DNA of 49,406 nt from an uncultured cyanobacterium. GTDB lineage: Bacteria > Cyanobacteriota > Cyanobacteriia > Leptolyngbyales > Leptolyngbyaceae. Of the stretch, positions 10,714-21,223 are shown in pieces. The stretch covers positions 1 to 49,406 of the forward strand of contig CAVYAN010000120.1 of assembly GCA_963766075.1 (NCBI GenBank). Direction: 5' to 3'. The position numbers and the translations under genes were made by a program. Numbering within the stretch: position 1 is the stretch's first letter; each line of letters starts with the position of its first letter. The notes under the pieces were generated by a model. It was not told where the DNA came from, searched no databases, and saw nothing but the letters and a program-made list of their open reading frames with translations.

Positions 10714-11508
10714 CTATTCCCCCAGACTGCCGGTCATGCCGATAATTTCATAGCCCGCATCGACATAAAGCACTTGCCCCGTGATCCCACTAGCGAGGTC
10801 ACTGCACAAAAAGGCAGCGGCATTCCCGACTTCCAGTTGGCTGACGCTGCGGCGCAGAGGGGCGGACTGTTCCACATGGCTAATCATGTCGCGGATGCCG
10901 CTCACCCCCGAGGAGGCCAGGGTGCGAATTGGGCCCGCTGAAATGGCATTGACGCGCACTCCCTGGGGGCCTAGGTCGGCGGCCAAATAGCGCACACTCA
11001 TTTCCAGGGCGGCTTTGGCGGCTCCCATGACGTTATAGTTGGGAATTACCCGGACTCCACCCAGATAGGAAAGTGTCAGAACACTGGCGCTGTTGGACAG
11101 CAAGGGCTGAGCTGCCGCACAGAGCTTGACCAGGGAATAGGCACTGACATCCATGGCCAGGGCAAACCCCTCCCGAGACGTGTTGACAAAGCTACCTGCC
11201 AGATCGTCTTTGTTGGCAAAGGCAAGGCAGTGGATCAAAATATCAATCTTGCCCCAGCCTTCCTTCACAGTGTCGAACAGGGCGGCAATCTGAGCATCAT
11301 CCTGAACATTACAGGGGGCAAATAGGCTGGGTTTGAGGGGTTCCACTAGGTCGCCCACCTTTTTCTCGAAGCGGCCCTTGTCATCGGGCAGGTAGGTAAC
11401 CCCTAAATTGGCACCCGCCTTGTGGAGTTGCTGGGCAATGCCCCAGGCAATGGAGCGATCGTTGGCAATGCCTGTGACTAGGGCATTTTTTCCCGTCAAA
11501 TTCAACAT
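10714..11508 (-). CDS. fabI: enoyl-ACP reductase
   Basis: LVTGIANDRSIAWGIA, YNVMGAAKAALE, ISAGPIRTLAS; divergent from ntcA. Confidence 0.96.
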   Translation of the reverse strand: MLNLTGKNALVTGIANDRSIAWGIAQQLHKAGANLGVTYLPDDKGRFEKKVGDLVEPLKPSLFAPCNVQDDAQIAALFDTVKEGWGKIDILIHCLAFANKDDLAGSFVNTSREGFALAMDVSAYSLVKLCAAAQPLLSNSASVLTLSYLGGVRVIPNYNVMGAAKAALEMSVRYLAADLGPQGVRVNAISAGPIRTLASSGVSGIRDMISHVEQSAPLRRSVSQLEVGNAAAFLCSDLASGITGQVLYVDAGYEIIGMTGSLGE

Positions 11509-11853
11509 AAGGTTCCAGGGCACATAAAAAGGGCACCTCTGAGAATACTCAAAGATGGGGCCTAAAGGATAGCGATCGCGGCATTGTCCCGCCTTTCTGC
11601 CGGGTGCGACCCCTCGCTCACCAAATCGATTGCGTCAATTTGGCCATTCATTGCTAACCTTGAGGGCAATCCACCCCCCCCTTTCTTTATCGCTTAGGCT
11701 GCCACCGCCGCATAGAAGCTGCGATCGCCCCGTCGGATGCCCCCAGCAAATTCGGGGCAGACAGCGGGAAACGAACTACAATCACGCCATCAAATTAGCA
11801 ACTAATATGAATATGTATCACAAGGCACAAAAACTTGTTCGGACTCGGTTTAA

Positions 11854-11867
11854 GTAATTTAGGATAC
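11854..11867 (+). promoter_or_regulatory. NtcA-binding site upstream of ntcA (GTAATTTAGGATAC)
   Basis: Exact GTA-N8-TAC 100 bp upstream of the ntcA ATG. A second imperfect site GTA-N8-CAC is at 11815-11828. Confidence 0.65.
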
Positions 11868-11967
11868 AGAGAAGATCCTGCCGCCCCTCTTCCCCCGGAG
11901 TGAGGTTTCGTTTGGTTACCCTGTTTCACCGTTATCGATCATATTCTCTGGGTATTTTGAGCCGCTC

Positions 11968-12640
11968 ATGATTGCAACGCAAGACAAGCCACTTTCGACA
12001 ATCCTGCGCCAAATTGGGGGAACGGCGTTTCCCCCCGTGGTTGAACTGTTTGAAAGAGGGAAGACGATTTTTTTCCCTGGAGATCCGGCTGAACGGGTCT
12101 ATTTTTTAATGAAGGGAGCGGTGAAGCTATCCCGCGTCTATGAGGCGGGCGAAGAAATTACCGTGGCGCTACTGCGTGAAAATAGTGTGTTTGGGGTCCT
12201 GTCGCTGATTACGGGACAGCGCTCCGATCGCTTTTACCATGCTGTGGCCTTTACCCCAGTGGAGTTAGTTTCCGTCCCGATTGAACAGGTGGAAAAAGCG
12301 CTGAAGGAGAGTCCCGATCTGTCTCTTCTGCTATTGCGGGGGCTGTCATTGCGCATTTTGCAAACGGAAATGATGATCGAGACCTCTGGCCCATCGGGAT
12401 ATGGGGTCACGGTTGGTCAGTTTTCTCCTGATTTTGTGTCGCGATTTTGGCGTGCCGACAACGGAGGGGATCATGATTGATCTGAAGTTATCGCACCAAG
12501 CGATCGCCGAAGCGATCGGCTCCACCCGAGTCACCGTGACTCGCCTGCTTGGGGATCTGCGCCAGGATAAGATGATCTCGATTCACAAGAAAAAAATTAC
12601 GGTCCATAACCCGGTAACATTGGGGCAGCAGTTCGCCTAG
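11968..12640 (+). CDS. ntcA: global nitrogen regulator NtcA (one +1 frameshift at ~12385 as sequenced)
   Basis: [63 protein letters not shown]. Removing 1 nt gives 223 aa. Confidence 0.96.
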
Positions 12641-12949
12641 GACAGGGGATTTTGGATAACGCTTTGCGCCACGATGCTAGAGGATTTTGGGACTCCATCC
12701 AAAATCCTTGAGTCCTAGGCTGCGCAGAGCTACAGTTAGGGTTTGGGCGCGGCTTCTGGGGTGGACCCCCTCAAACGTTTCGGATTGGCAGGTTGGTTCG
12801 GATTGGCAAGCGTTTAGGTCGAGGATTTTAGATCGCGCCTTGGTGCGATAGGACTCTCTCCAGAGCACTTCCTAAAAATCATCGCGCCCAGCGTCATGCC
12901 GAACTCACCAAAATCCAAAATCTAAACTCCAAGTCTCCCTGGAGAGCGA

Positions 12950-14272
12950 ATGGTCAGCGGGTATCTCCTGGTTCTGGCAATGTTATTGTTAGGCGGTGTC
13001 ATTGCGACGGTCGGCGATCGCATCGGCACGCGCGTGGGCAAAGCCCGCCTGAGCCTGTTTAATCTGCGCCCGCGCAATACTGCCACTTTAGTGACAATTT
13101 TCACGGGTACCTTGATCTCAGCAGCCACCTTTGGATTTATCTTCGCAGCGGATAATCGGTTGGGCCAAGCCATTTTTGACTATGATCGGGTGCTGAAGCG
13201 ATTGAGTACAGCAAAGACCCAGTTGAATGAAACGGCAGCCCAAAAGGATCAGGTGGCGGCGGACCTCACCCTGGCCCAGCAGGACCAAGCGGCAGCGAAG
13301 AAATTACTGGGGGAAACCAATCAATCACTGCGGGTAGCGCGGGCGGAGCGATCGCGGGCTTTAGCCGATCGGGCGCGAGCCGAAGCGGAAATTACCCGCA
13401 TTCGGACAACGTTGACCCAAACGGAAGGACAGTTAGGGGCCGTGTCGGCGCAGGCTGTGCAGCTGCGATCGGACATTAGTGAGTTGCAAGCTGAACGCAA
13501 CCAAGTGAGTGTCCTGCGGGAACAAGAGCTCAAGGCCCGCGATGCGGTGATCCAACAGCGAGAAGACCAATTAAAAGGACTGGAATCACAGCAGGAATTC
13601 CTGGCCTTAGCGATTCAGCGGTTGCAACAGGAAGCCAAAAGCTACCAAGAGGGAAATATCGCGATTCAGCGCAATCAAGTGCTGGCCTCTGCCGTGGTGG
13701 GCCGTATGGAATCCGGTGTGGCCCGACAGGCGGTAGATCGACTCTTGCAAAAAGCGAATAGTGTGGCGCTACAACAGATTCGTCCCGGTAGTCCGGATGT
13801 CCAGATTGTCCAGATTACACGGAGTGACGTGGAACAGTTGATTAATCGGATTGCCGATGGCAAAGAGTATGTGGTGCGAATTTTTGCCGCCGAGAATTAT
13901 ATTCTTGGGACTCAGAATCCGATTCAGATCTTTACCGATGTGGTGCCAAATCGCCCCTTGCTGCAGAAAGGTCAGGTGATTGCTGCTACCACCCTGGATC
14001 CCACTAAAATGCAGGGAGAGGCCCTCCAGGAACGGATTCAATTGCTGATTGCCGCCGCGAACTTCCGCGCCCGCAGTTTGGGGGTGTTGACGGATTCAGT
14101 CCAGATTAATCGGGTGCAAAACTTTCTGAGCTTTATTGAACAGCTTAAGACCCTGCAGCGGCCCGTGGAGGTAACGGTGACAGCAGCAGAAGTGACCTCG
14201 ACTTCAGGGCCTTTGCGGGTGAATCTCCAGGCGGGACAAAATGGTCAGGTGCTGTTCGGCACGGAGGGGTAG
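12950..14272 (+). CDS. DUF3084 domain coiled-coil membrane protein
   Basis: GGVIATVGDRIG.RVGK.RLSLFNLRPR.TA, long coiled coil, usual position downstream of ntcA. Confidence 0.88.
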   Translation: MVSGYLLVLAMLLLGGVIATVGDRIGTRVGKARLSLFNLRPRNTATLVTIFTGTLISAATFGFIFAADNRLGQAIFDYDRVLKRLSTAKTQLNETAAQKDQVAADLTLAQQDQAAAKKLLGETNQSLRVARAERSRALADRARAEAEITRIRTTLTQTEGQLGAVSAQAVQLRSDISELQAERNQVSVLREQELKARDAVIQQREDQLKGLESQQEFLALAIQRLQQEAKSYQEGNIAIQRNQVLASAVVGRMESGVARQAVDRLLQKANSVALQQIRPGSPDVQIVQITRSDVEQLINRIADGKEYVVRIFAAENYILGTQNPIQIFTDVVPNRPLLQKGQVIAATTLDPTKMQGEALQERIQLLIAAANFRARSLGVLTDSVQINRVQNFLSFIEQLKTLQRPVEVTVTAAEVTSTSGPLRVNLQAGQNGQVLFGTEG

Positions 14273-14279
14273 ATCAGGG

Positions 14280-14738
14280 ATGGGTAAGACAGCGTTGGGG
14301 GATCCGGGAGTCAAAAATTTTGGCAGGGACCAACCTGTGATCATGGGATTTGATCCCGGTCGAGCAAAGTGTGGCGTGGCGGTGATGGGCGTCGATCGCA
14401 CCCTGTTCTATCACACAGTGGTCTTGGCCGAGGCGGCGATCGCCGAAATCGCCGCGCTGCGACAACGGTTTCCCATCTCACTTTTAGTCATGGGCGACCA
14501 GACAACGGCTCAGAGTTGGAAACAAGCCCTGGCAGAGCTGCCCGATCCCCTGCGCATTGTAATGGTGGATGAGCGCTATAGCACCTTGGCAGCCCGCGAT
14601 CGCTATTGGCAAATGTTCCCGCCGCAAGGCTGGCAAACGCTCCTGCCTCAGTCTTTTCGGCCCATTCCTCGCCCGATCGATGACATTGTGGCAATTTTGC
14701 TGATTGAGCGATATTTGGATCGGTTGATGAATGCCTGA
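14280..14738 (+). CDS. yqgF: YqgF/RuvX family RNase H-like nuclease
   Basis: GFDPGRAKCG, VDERYST, DDIVA motifs. Confidence 0.85.
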   Translation: MGKTALGDPGVKNFGRDQPVIMGFDPGRAKCGVAVMGVDRTLFYHTVVLAEAAIAEIAALRQRFPISLLVMGDQTTAQSWKQALAELPDPLRIVMVDERYSTLAARDRYWQMFPPQGWQTLLPQSFRPIPRPIDDIVAILLIERYLDRLMNA

Positions 14739-14745
14739 CGGGCAC

Positions 14746-15006
14746 TCACACCTCGGCGCGGATCGTAAACGAATAATCGCCACCGGGCTCTAGCTGATAG
14801 TCCCGTTGTTCTAGAAACCGACCCAGGGGTTCCTGGATCAGCGCACGTCCCAAAGAGGGTTCCACAGACAGCTCACCCCGGCTGAAGCACCATTCAAATT
14901 GCCATTCCAAATCGTTGGCCGTAACTTCGCCCTCGATTTTGCCCTGCTGCCAGGACTGACGAATAATTCGGACATGGGCAATCGTTTCGGGTAAGCGGCG
15001 AGCCAC
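14746..15006 (-). CDS. DUF3146 family protein
   Basis: PETIAHVRI, PSLGRALIQEPL, LEPGGDY.F. Confidence 0.85.
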   Translation of the reverse strand: MARRLPETIAHVRIIRQSWQQGKIEGEVTANDLEWQFEWCFSRGELSVEPSLGRALIQEPLGRFLEQRDYQLEPGGDYSFTIRAEV

Positions 15007-15051
15007 GGCAAAGAATGATTAATTAATATTAAGCCTCACCATAACAGATGC

Positions 15052-15720
15052 TTACGGCGGTGCGTCAAGGGATTTAAGGGCGCTGGGTGATGGGGGTGGC
15101 GGAGCCACGTCGCGGTTGTTATATAAACTCATGGCTTTCTCGATGCCTTGCCGCAGGCTGCAATCCACTGTATCCACGGCCAGTTGAATCGCCTCCCGGA
15201 TGATGGGGGCCTCTCCGGGAGAAAAATGCCCCAAAACATGGGAAATCGTATCTTTGTCGGGATGATGCGCCTTAGCACTGCCAATTCCGACCCGCAGGCG
15301 CGGGAAGGTTTGGGTACCCAGATGGGCGATCGCCGATTTCATGCCATTATGGCCACCCGCCGACCCCGAGAGCCGCAGCCGCAGTCGCCCCACGGGCAGA
15401 TCCATTTCATCGTAAATAATCAGCACCGACTCCGGAGGCAGTTTGTACCAGTCGAGCACCGCCCGAATCGACTGCCCCGAATTGTTCATGAAGGTGGTGG
15501 GCTTGAGCAGGCGAATCTTGGTGGATTTTGGACCCATGCCCTCGCCCACCCAGCCTGAGAACTTGCGATTTTCACTGAGGGTAATCTGCCAGGTGCGAGC
15601 CAAGGCATCCACAATGTCAAAGCCAATATTGTGACGGGTGCGATCGTATTTAGCACCGGGATTGCCCAAGCCCACGATGAGTTGTGGGATCAAGGGAGTG
15701 GCAGGCTTGGGTTCAGGCAT
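15052..15720 (-). CDS. pth: peptidyl-tRNA hydrolase
   Basis: LIVGLGNPG..Y..TRHNIGF, KPTTFMN, GSAGGHNG. Confidence 0.96.
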   Translation of the reverse strand: MPEPKPATPLIPQLIVGLGNPGAKYDRTRHNIGFDIVDALARTWQITLSENRKFSGWVGEGMGPKSTKIRLLKPTTFMNNSGQSIRAVLDWYKLPPESVLIIYDEMDLPVGRLRLRLSGSAGGHNGMKSAIAHLGTQTFPRLRVGIGSAKAHHPDKDTISHVLGHFSPGEAPIIREAIQLAVDTVDCSLRQGIEKAMSLYNNRDVAPPPPSPSALKSLDAPP

Positions 15721-15778
15721 ATTGATAAAACTTTGGCGCAAAGCTGTGGCACAAAGCCGTGGCGCGATCATCCCATAA

Positions 15779-16123
15779 CTAACTGGCGGATTCGCTGGAT
15801 ACCGATTGTTCTACAGCCACGGGTTCACTAACCACGGGTTCACTAATCACGGGCTCGGTCCCCACAGCAGGGGTTGTCCCAGCCGACAGAACAGGTTGAT
15901 CCGGCGGCTCCAGCGTGGCGGCCATCGGCACTTTCATAGCGTTCTCAATTTGCTCAGCTTCTTTTTTGAACTCTGATTCAAATTCCTTGGAGGCATCCTG
16001 GAACCCTCGGATGGCTTTGCCCAAGCTGCGGCCAATTTCGGGCAGCTTCTTGGGACCAAACACCAACAGCGCCAAGCCCATAATCAAGGCCATTTCAGGC
16101 AGTCCAATTCCGAAAACGTTCAC
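15779..16123 (-). CDS. tatA: twin-arginine translocase TatA/TatE subunit
   Basis: GIGLPEM, FGPKKLPEIGRSLGK. Confidence 0.92.
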   Translation of the reverse strand: MNVFGIGLPEMALIMGLALLVFGPKKLPEIGRSLGKAIRGFQDASKEFESEFKKEAEQIENAMKVPMAATLEPPDQPVLSAGTTPAVGTEPVISEPVVSEPVAVEQSVSSESAS

Positions 16124-16284
16124 GATCTCAACTCCTAATAGCAGGCCAATTAGCGGGGCAGGGGTAAGGGTGCCAATTTAACTCAGATCCTACACCCGGT
16201 TGCCACAAAAAATCCCGGAGCGGTCCGGGATCATCAGAGTTGAACTTAGACTCAATGAATCCGTCACAGAGAACAGGCTAAGAA

Positions 16285-16479
16285 TTAGCCGCCCCAGTTC
16301 ACGGAGAAGTCGTTCAACACGAGGGACGAATTGTAGATTTGTAGAATAATCAGAAGAAAGACTAAGAAAAGTGCCATAAAGACACCCATCACGATTGTGG
16401 TTCCCCAACCGGGCGAAACCTTACCGTACTCAGAGTTGAGGGGTCTGAGTCTATCTCCTAACCAAGTGCGCTGTGCCAT
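16285..16479 (-). CDS. psbH: photosystem II protein PsbH
   Basis: [25 protein letters not shown]. Confidence 0.97.
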   Translation of the reverse strand: MAQRTWLGDRLRPLNSEYGKVSPGWGTTIVMGVFMALFLVFLLIILQIYNSSLVLNDFSVNWGG

Positions 16480-16559
16480 GGGTCACCTGTAATCTCGACA
16501 GAAGTTGTTATTCAACGTAACATTATAGGGAAATACTCTCATATTTAATAGTGCAAAAT

Positions 16560-16691
16560 ATGGAACCCGCAATGGCTCTTAACGTTTCCCTCTGCGCCAT
16601 GCTGGTGGGAATGACCGGATACGCGATTTACACGGCATTTGGGCCACCATCGAAAAACTTGGACGATCCCTATGAGGATCACGAAGATTAG
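16560..16691 (+). CDS. psbN: PsbN (43 aa; absent from the ORF track)
   Basis: Manual translation MEPAMALNVSLCAMLVGMTGYAIYTAFGPPSKNLDDPYEDHED*; divergent from psbH. Confidence 0.96.
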   Translation: MEPAMALNVSLCAMLVGMTGYAIYTAFGPPSKNLDDPYEDHED

Positions 16692-16911
16692 AGTGACTCA
16701 CGAAGATTCGGGGCGCTTTGCCACCGGCTGGGGTGGAGCTGAGGAAAGTGGGCCTTGAGGTGGTTATGCCTTGTAAAAGGGTTGTGGTGAACATCTCGCC
16801 CAAAGGTGGATACGTTATGCTATGGCCAAGTGGTTAGTTTGGGGTGCGCTGTAAGGCATCCAGTTTGCCACCGCATTCGATCTTAAAACTATTCCTCACT
16901 CAAGGTATTCT

Positions 16912-17148
16912 ATGAAGTCTAATTCTTCTTCCGCGTTTGAAAGTTCTCCTGAATTGGCCGGCGTTGACCTGCGCAATTTGCCTGACGATGCGCAGATTTG
17001 GGGCAATCTGAAAAAAGCGATCGCCTCTAGCTCTGGGTTTCAAAGCTGGCAGCTTGAGCGGGGTACCGATAGTGCCATCAATGGCTTGTCCCTAGATATT
17101 CTGGTTCGGCGCTACCTCCGGGAAACTCTGGAAACTTTGGCGTACTAA
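16912..17148 (+). CDS. small cyanobacterial hypothetical protein (78 aa)
   Basis: W..LK.AIA.SSGFQ.W and YLRETLETLAY C-terminus. Confidence 0.78.
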   Translation: MKSNSSSAFESSPELAGVDLRNLPDDAQIWGNLKKAIASSSGFQSWQLERGTDSAINGLSLDILVRRYLRETLETLAY

Positions 17149-17447
17149 ACTTTTGCGGACTCAGCGCAAACTCTGGCGATGGTCAGTGTTTTTCAGCGCT
17201 AGTGCAGTCTGGATGTTGGTGAAGTCTGGGAGGAATTTCCCGGTGACCTGAAAACCAGGCTGGCTAAATTGTTTAGACAAAATGGGTTTAGATTGACTGG
17301 CTTGGATCGTTAGGTTGTGGATGCTCGAAAACGCGAGGCGTGGCTGCGCTTCGCGTTTTTATTTGTTGGTGCACATTTTTGTCGGGTGGCTGCGGGTCTT
17401 TGAAAACCACTGGGGTAAAACCCCTGCGGATACCCCATTTGGGAGCA

Positions 17448-17985
17448 CTAAAAAAGCTGGATTAAACCCCGCAACTTCTCCGCCTGCTGGGCAAGGTGAT
17501 TGATCTGTTTGTAGGACTCGGCAAGCCGATTGCCATCAACCTGAACCTCGGCGGTGGGGTAGTTTTCAATAATTTCGAGGATGGATAGCTGATTGTCTGG
17601 ATTCGCCGACAGGGCGATCGCCGCGCGCAGGGCCTGCCGATTAGCGGTTTGGGTGGGGGTCTGAATCGTTTCCCCCACTTGGTCCAGCACAAGGTTGCCC
17701 AGGGCACTGATTTAAAACTTGATCCAGTAGGCGGGCATTAACCTTCACGGGCTGAGTCAGGGTTTTTTGCACCCCTTGGGGATCCCCCCCAGCCTGACGA
17801 ATATAGCGGGCTAAACCGCTGTCAGGTTTGCCGCTGGCGGCAAAATTCCGGAGTTCCTGGGTGGATACTGATTCCCGCAGGATGCCGTATTTGAAAACGA
17901 CTTTTTCGGCTGCTTGGGCAGGGGCGGGGAGCCAGAGGAGGGGCAGGAGTAGCGGAATCAGCCAAATCCGGGAGAGGGGAAGCAT
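17448..17985 (-). CDS. DUF1400 (alpha/beta-hydrolase-associated) exported protein; one +1 frameshift near 17707
   Basis: Signal peptide ending PAQA-AE, LRNFA..G, ALRAAI.LSA..DNQLSILEII.NYPT split over two ORFs. Removing 1 nt gives 178 aa. Confidence 0.75.
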
Positions 17986-18100
17986 GGTAGAGATGAGGGG
18001 GATGATGAGTAGGGAATAGTGGGCGTGACGGTGTGGGTGTGGGTTTGTTCCGGAATGCGGTGGCTTTGGGCCACGTTTGGGGATCGGCTGAGCTGTGGGA

Positions 18101-18844
18101 TCACAGGGAGGCAAGGCGCTGGATTTCAGTTTTCAGGTTGTGGTGGGCTTGGGAGATCAGGGCTTGCATCGGTGAGGTGAAATAGAGGGTTCGGCGCTGT
18201 AAAAAGGCTTGGAGAATCCGCGATCGCCCCTGTCGATAGCGATCGTCACTCACCCAGGCATATTCCTGGCGAATGGCTTGGGCGTAGGCAGCATATTCCT
18301 GGGGAGGACTGCCCAAAATGGCTAGATCGGCATCGCGCAAAACTTGAATATCGGGATCAATTTGGATATTGGGATCAATTAAGGTGCCTGGATCTCGAGC
18401 GCTAACATCTAGTGAATTGACATCTGGGGCCTTGGTATCTGGAGTCTTGGCATCTGGCGTATTAGCAGCCTGGGAATCAGAAAGATGCGATCCCGTCGCT
18501 AAAATCAACTGCCGCACGGGCAATTCCCAGACTCCAGGTAGTCCCAACCGCCGCATCGCCGCCGTTGCATATTCAGCACTATTTGCCTCGTTATGGGATG
18601 CCTGCGGGTCATACACCACATCATGAAACCATGCCCCCAGTTCAACGATCGCCAGATTGCGGGCATAGGGCTTTAACTGCGCTACGGTGGTCAAAACCTG
18701 CTGGATATGGGCCAGGGTGTGATAGTAGCGTCCCCCGCTACCATAGGCTTGCACCAACTGCTCAAATTCCCGCTGCGCCCCAGCCTCGGCTACCCGGCAG
18801 GAGGCCATCAATCCCCACCATCGTCGCCACAATTGTTCTGACAT
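18101..18844 (-). CDS. predicted HD-superfamily metal-dependent phosphohydrolase
   Basis: RYYHTLAH, WFHDVVYDP, NE..SA, D.DLAILG, IRQEYAWV. Confidence 0.85.
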   Translation of the reverse strand: MSEQLWRRWWGLMASCRVAEAGAQREFEQLVQAYGSGGRYYHTLAHIQQVLTTVAQLKPYARNLAIVELGAWFHDVVYDPQASHNEANSAEYATAAMRRLGLPGVWELPVRQLILATGSHLSDSQAANTPDAKTPDTKAPDVNSLDVSARDPGTLIDPNIQIDPDIQVLRDADLAILGSPPQEYAAYAQAIRQEYAWVSDDRYRQGRSRILQAFLQRRTLYFTSPMQALISQAHHNLKTEIQRLASL

Positions 18845-18871
18845 TTTTCCTCTGTTCTGACATTTTTCCTC
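18834..18871. repeat. 19-bp tandem duplication covering the RBS and start codon of the HD gene
   Basis: TGTTCTGACATTTTTCCTC x2. Confidence 0.9.
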
Positions 18872-19116
18872 CCTTGCCCCTCGCTGATCGGTTCTCTAGC
18901 ATCCGGTGCCCTGGGATTCAGTGTGGCATTTTCTTGGGGATTCCTGGGGCATTAAGTTTCCCAAGGGATTTGGATGAAAAATGCGCTGTCTCGGCCAATT
19001 TCGACCAGAATATTCCCAGACTTTTGTGGGAACTTCCCTCCTTTCGAGCCTGTCACCCAGGAAAGCGGTGGGATCCTGCACAGTCCTTTCGCGATACCAT
19101 CACAGCAAAAAACGCC

Positions 19117-20832
19117 ATGTCATATCAGGGTTTTAACTTGAAATTTGATCGTAACCTGGGCGTTCCGCAAGGCGTCCCACAAGGAGTGTCGCAACGGGGC
19201 GCGATCGCCCAATCACTGCGGATGGGGCCGCTGGCTGGCGTGTTAGCGCTCGCGCTGGGTAGCACCCTGCCGGGACTGATGACCGCGATCGCCCAGGCAA
19301 CCCCTGCCCCCTTGCAAGTGGCCCAAATTCCCGCCGGGGCAGTCTTGCTCTATGTCAATCCAGTCCTGGGCACGGATACAGACAGCGCTGGACGGACCGA
19401 GAATACCCCTTATCGCACCATTGCCTATGCGCTGCTGCAAGCCAAACCGGGCAATGTCATTCAATTAGCGCGGGGCAGCTATAGTGCCCAGAGCGGCGAG
19501 GTATTTCCCCTAACGCTGCCAGCAGGGGTGACCCTGCGTGGCGAAGAAGCTGAAAAAGGCCAGACCGTAGTGATTATTGGCGGGGGTAACTATATCAGCC
19601 CCACCTTTGCCCGCCAAAATGTCGCCCTCAGGGCCGTGGGCAACAGCGATATTCGCGGCATTGCCGTCACCAATCCCAACACGCGCGGTACCGGCATCTG
19701 GGTCGAGTCAGCCAATTCGACGATCCAAAACTGCACCTTCAAAGACAGTAACCGCGACGGCATTTTTGTGACCGGCACCTCGGTACCCAGAATCCTCGAT
19801 AACACGTTTATTAAAAATGGCGGTCAGGGCATTTCCGTGGCCAACAACGCCAAGGGCGAAATTCGCGGTAATTTGTTCCAGGAAAACGGCTTTGGTTTGG
19901 CGATCGGCGAGAACGCCCAGCCCTCGGTCACCGGCAACACAATCATTCGCAACACCGATGGCATTTATCTCAACGGTTCCGCGCGACCAATTCTGCGCAA
20001 CAACACTATTTCTAGCAACCAGCGGGACGGCATTGTTGTTTCTACCCGCGCCCAACCTGACCTAGGCACCGCAGACAGTCCCGGCGGCAATACGATTCAA
20101 ACTAACGGCCAATACGATTTGAACAACTCCACGGAAGCCGTGGTCTATTCCTTTGGCAACGCCTTAGACTCGAAGCGGACCGCAGGACTGGTGGAACTCA
20201 CAGCTCCGATTCCAGGCGGTGGCACGCCACCGGATAATGGCACGCCACCGGTCAGTGCGTTTCTGGATGTGCAGGGCCATTGGGCGCAGGCTTACATTGA
20301 AGCATTGGCGAAACAGCAGATCGTCACGGGCTTTCCGGGGGGCACCTTTGAACCCGATTCCCCAGTCACGCGCGCCCAATTTGCGGCTCTGATCAACAAG
20401 GCGTTTGCCCCGGCTCCTCGCCTGTCGGCCCTGAACTTTAGTGACGTATCGGCGGACTTCTGGGGCTTTGCGGCGATTCAAACGGCGGCGCGGGGTGGCT
20501 TTATGCGCGGCTATGATGATGGTTCTTTTCGGCCCAATCTGCGCATTCCGCGCGTGCAGGTGCTGGTGGCCTTGGCCAATGGATTGGGGTTACCTACCGC
20601 CAACGCCAGTGTCCTAGCTCGATTCCAAGATGCAGGCCAAATTCCCAGTTGGGCGACTAATTCCGTAGCTGCCGCCACTCAGCGCCGTTTGGTGGTGAAT
20701 TATCCCAATTTGCCTCTTCTGAATCCCGGCCGTGAAGCGACTCGGGCCGAGGTGGCGGCATTTGTCTATCAGGCGTTGGTGGATGCAGGTAGACTGCCCG
20801 CGATCGCCTCGCCCTACGTGGTGAATCCGTGA
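19117..20832 (+). CDS. DUF1565 / right-handed beta-helix protein with C-terminal S-layer homology domains
   Basis: LYVNP..G.D...G....PYRTI, GEVFPL, beta-helix repeats, three SLH-like repeats (DVQGHWA, GFPGGTFEP, TRAEVAA). Start placed at ATG 19117. Confidence 0.85.
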   Translation: MSYQGFNLKFDRNLGVPQGVPQGVSQRGAIAQSLRMGPLAGVLALALGSTLPGLMTAIAQATPAPLQVAQIPAGAVLLYVNPVLGTDTDSAGRTENTPYRTIAYALLQAKPGNVIQLARGSYSAQSGEVFPLTLPAGVTLRGEEAEKGQTVVIIGGGNYISPTFARQNVALRAVGNSDIRGIAVTNPNTRGTGIWVESANSTIQNCTFKDSNRDGIFVTGTSVPRILDNTFIKNGGQGISVANNAKGEIRGNLFQENGFGLAIGENAQPSVTGNTIIRNTDGIYLNGSARPILRNNTISSNQRDGIVVSTRAQPDLGTADSPGGNTIQTNGQYDLNNSTEAVVYSFGNALDSKRTAGLVELTAPIPGGGTPPDNGTPPVSAFLDVQGHWAQAYIEALAKQQIVTGFPGGTFEPDSPVTRAQFAALINKAFAPAPRLSALNFSDVSADFWGFAAIQTAARGGFMRGYDDGSFRPNLRIPRVQVLVALANGLGLPTANASVLARFQDAGQIPSWATNSVAAATQRRLVVNYPNLPLLNPGREATRAEVAAFVYQALVDAGRLPAIASPYVVNP

Positions 20833-20834
20833 GG

Positions 20835-21176
20835 TTAATCTTTCTTTTCTAGACGAAATAGAAGCGCCATCAGGCCCACGACGCCTGCTTGAATCGCAAA
20901 GTTAGGGAGAGCCGTGTCCAGGTTACGTCCCGCCGCAATTTGGGCCAGAAAAACCACGCCGCCAATGAACCCCGATCCAGCAATGGCGGCGTAGATGAAT
21001 TTGCGGAAGCCGCGATAGGGCGCTTTGACTTCCGCCTTGAGGCGAGCATAGGTGGCCGGGTCGAGATCTCGCGGCGATCGCGCAAAAGCATTGCTTTTCC
21101 AGTCTGGCAGTTGCCCGTCTGGCGATTGCGCATTTGGGAGAGACGACTCGTCTGGGATCTTCGGGGCCATCGGCAC
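20835..21176 (-). CDS. DUF3493 domain membrane protein
   Basis: RLKAEV.APYRGFRKFIY plus two TM helices. Confidence 0.8.
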   Translation of the reverse strand: MPMAPKIPDESSLPNAQSPDGQLPDWKSNAFARSPRDLDPATYARLKAEVKAPYRGFRKFIYAAIAGSGFIGGVVFLAQIAAGRNLDTALPNFAIQAGVVGLMALLFRLEKKD

Positions 21177-21223
21177 AGTGGGGAGGAAGGAATAGTGGGG
21201 AGCAAGGAATACTGTTTACCCTA

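Noticed and set aside
12340..12480. Programmed frameshifting in ntcA (or gltD/lipB)
   Set aside because: No shared slippery sequence at the break points; sequencing error is more parsimonious
18565..19116. 184-aa N-terminal extension of the 755-aa ORF
   Set aside because: It overlaps the HD gene antisense and has no protein-like features; the signal-peptide-like region starts after ATG 19117
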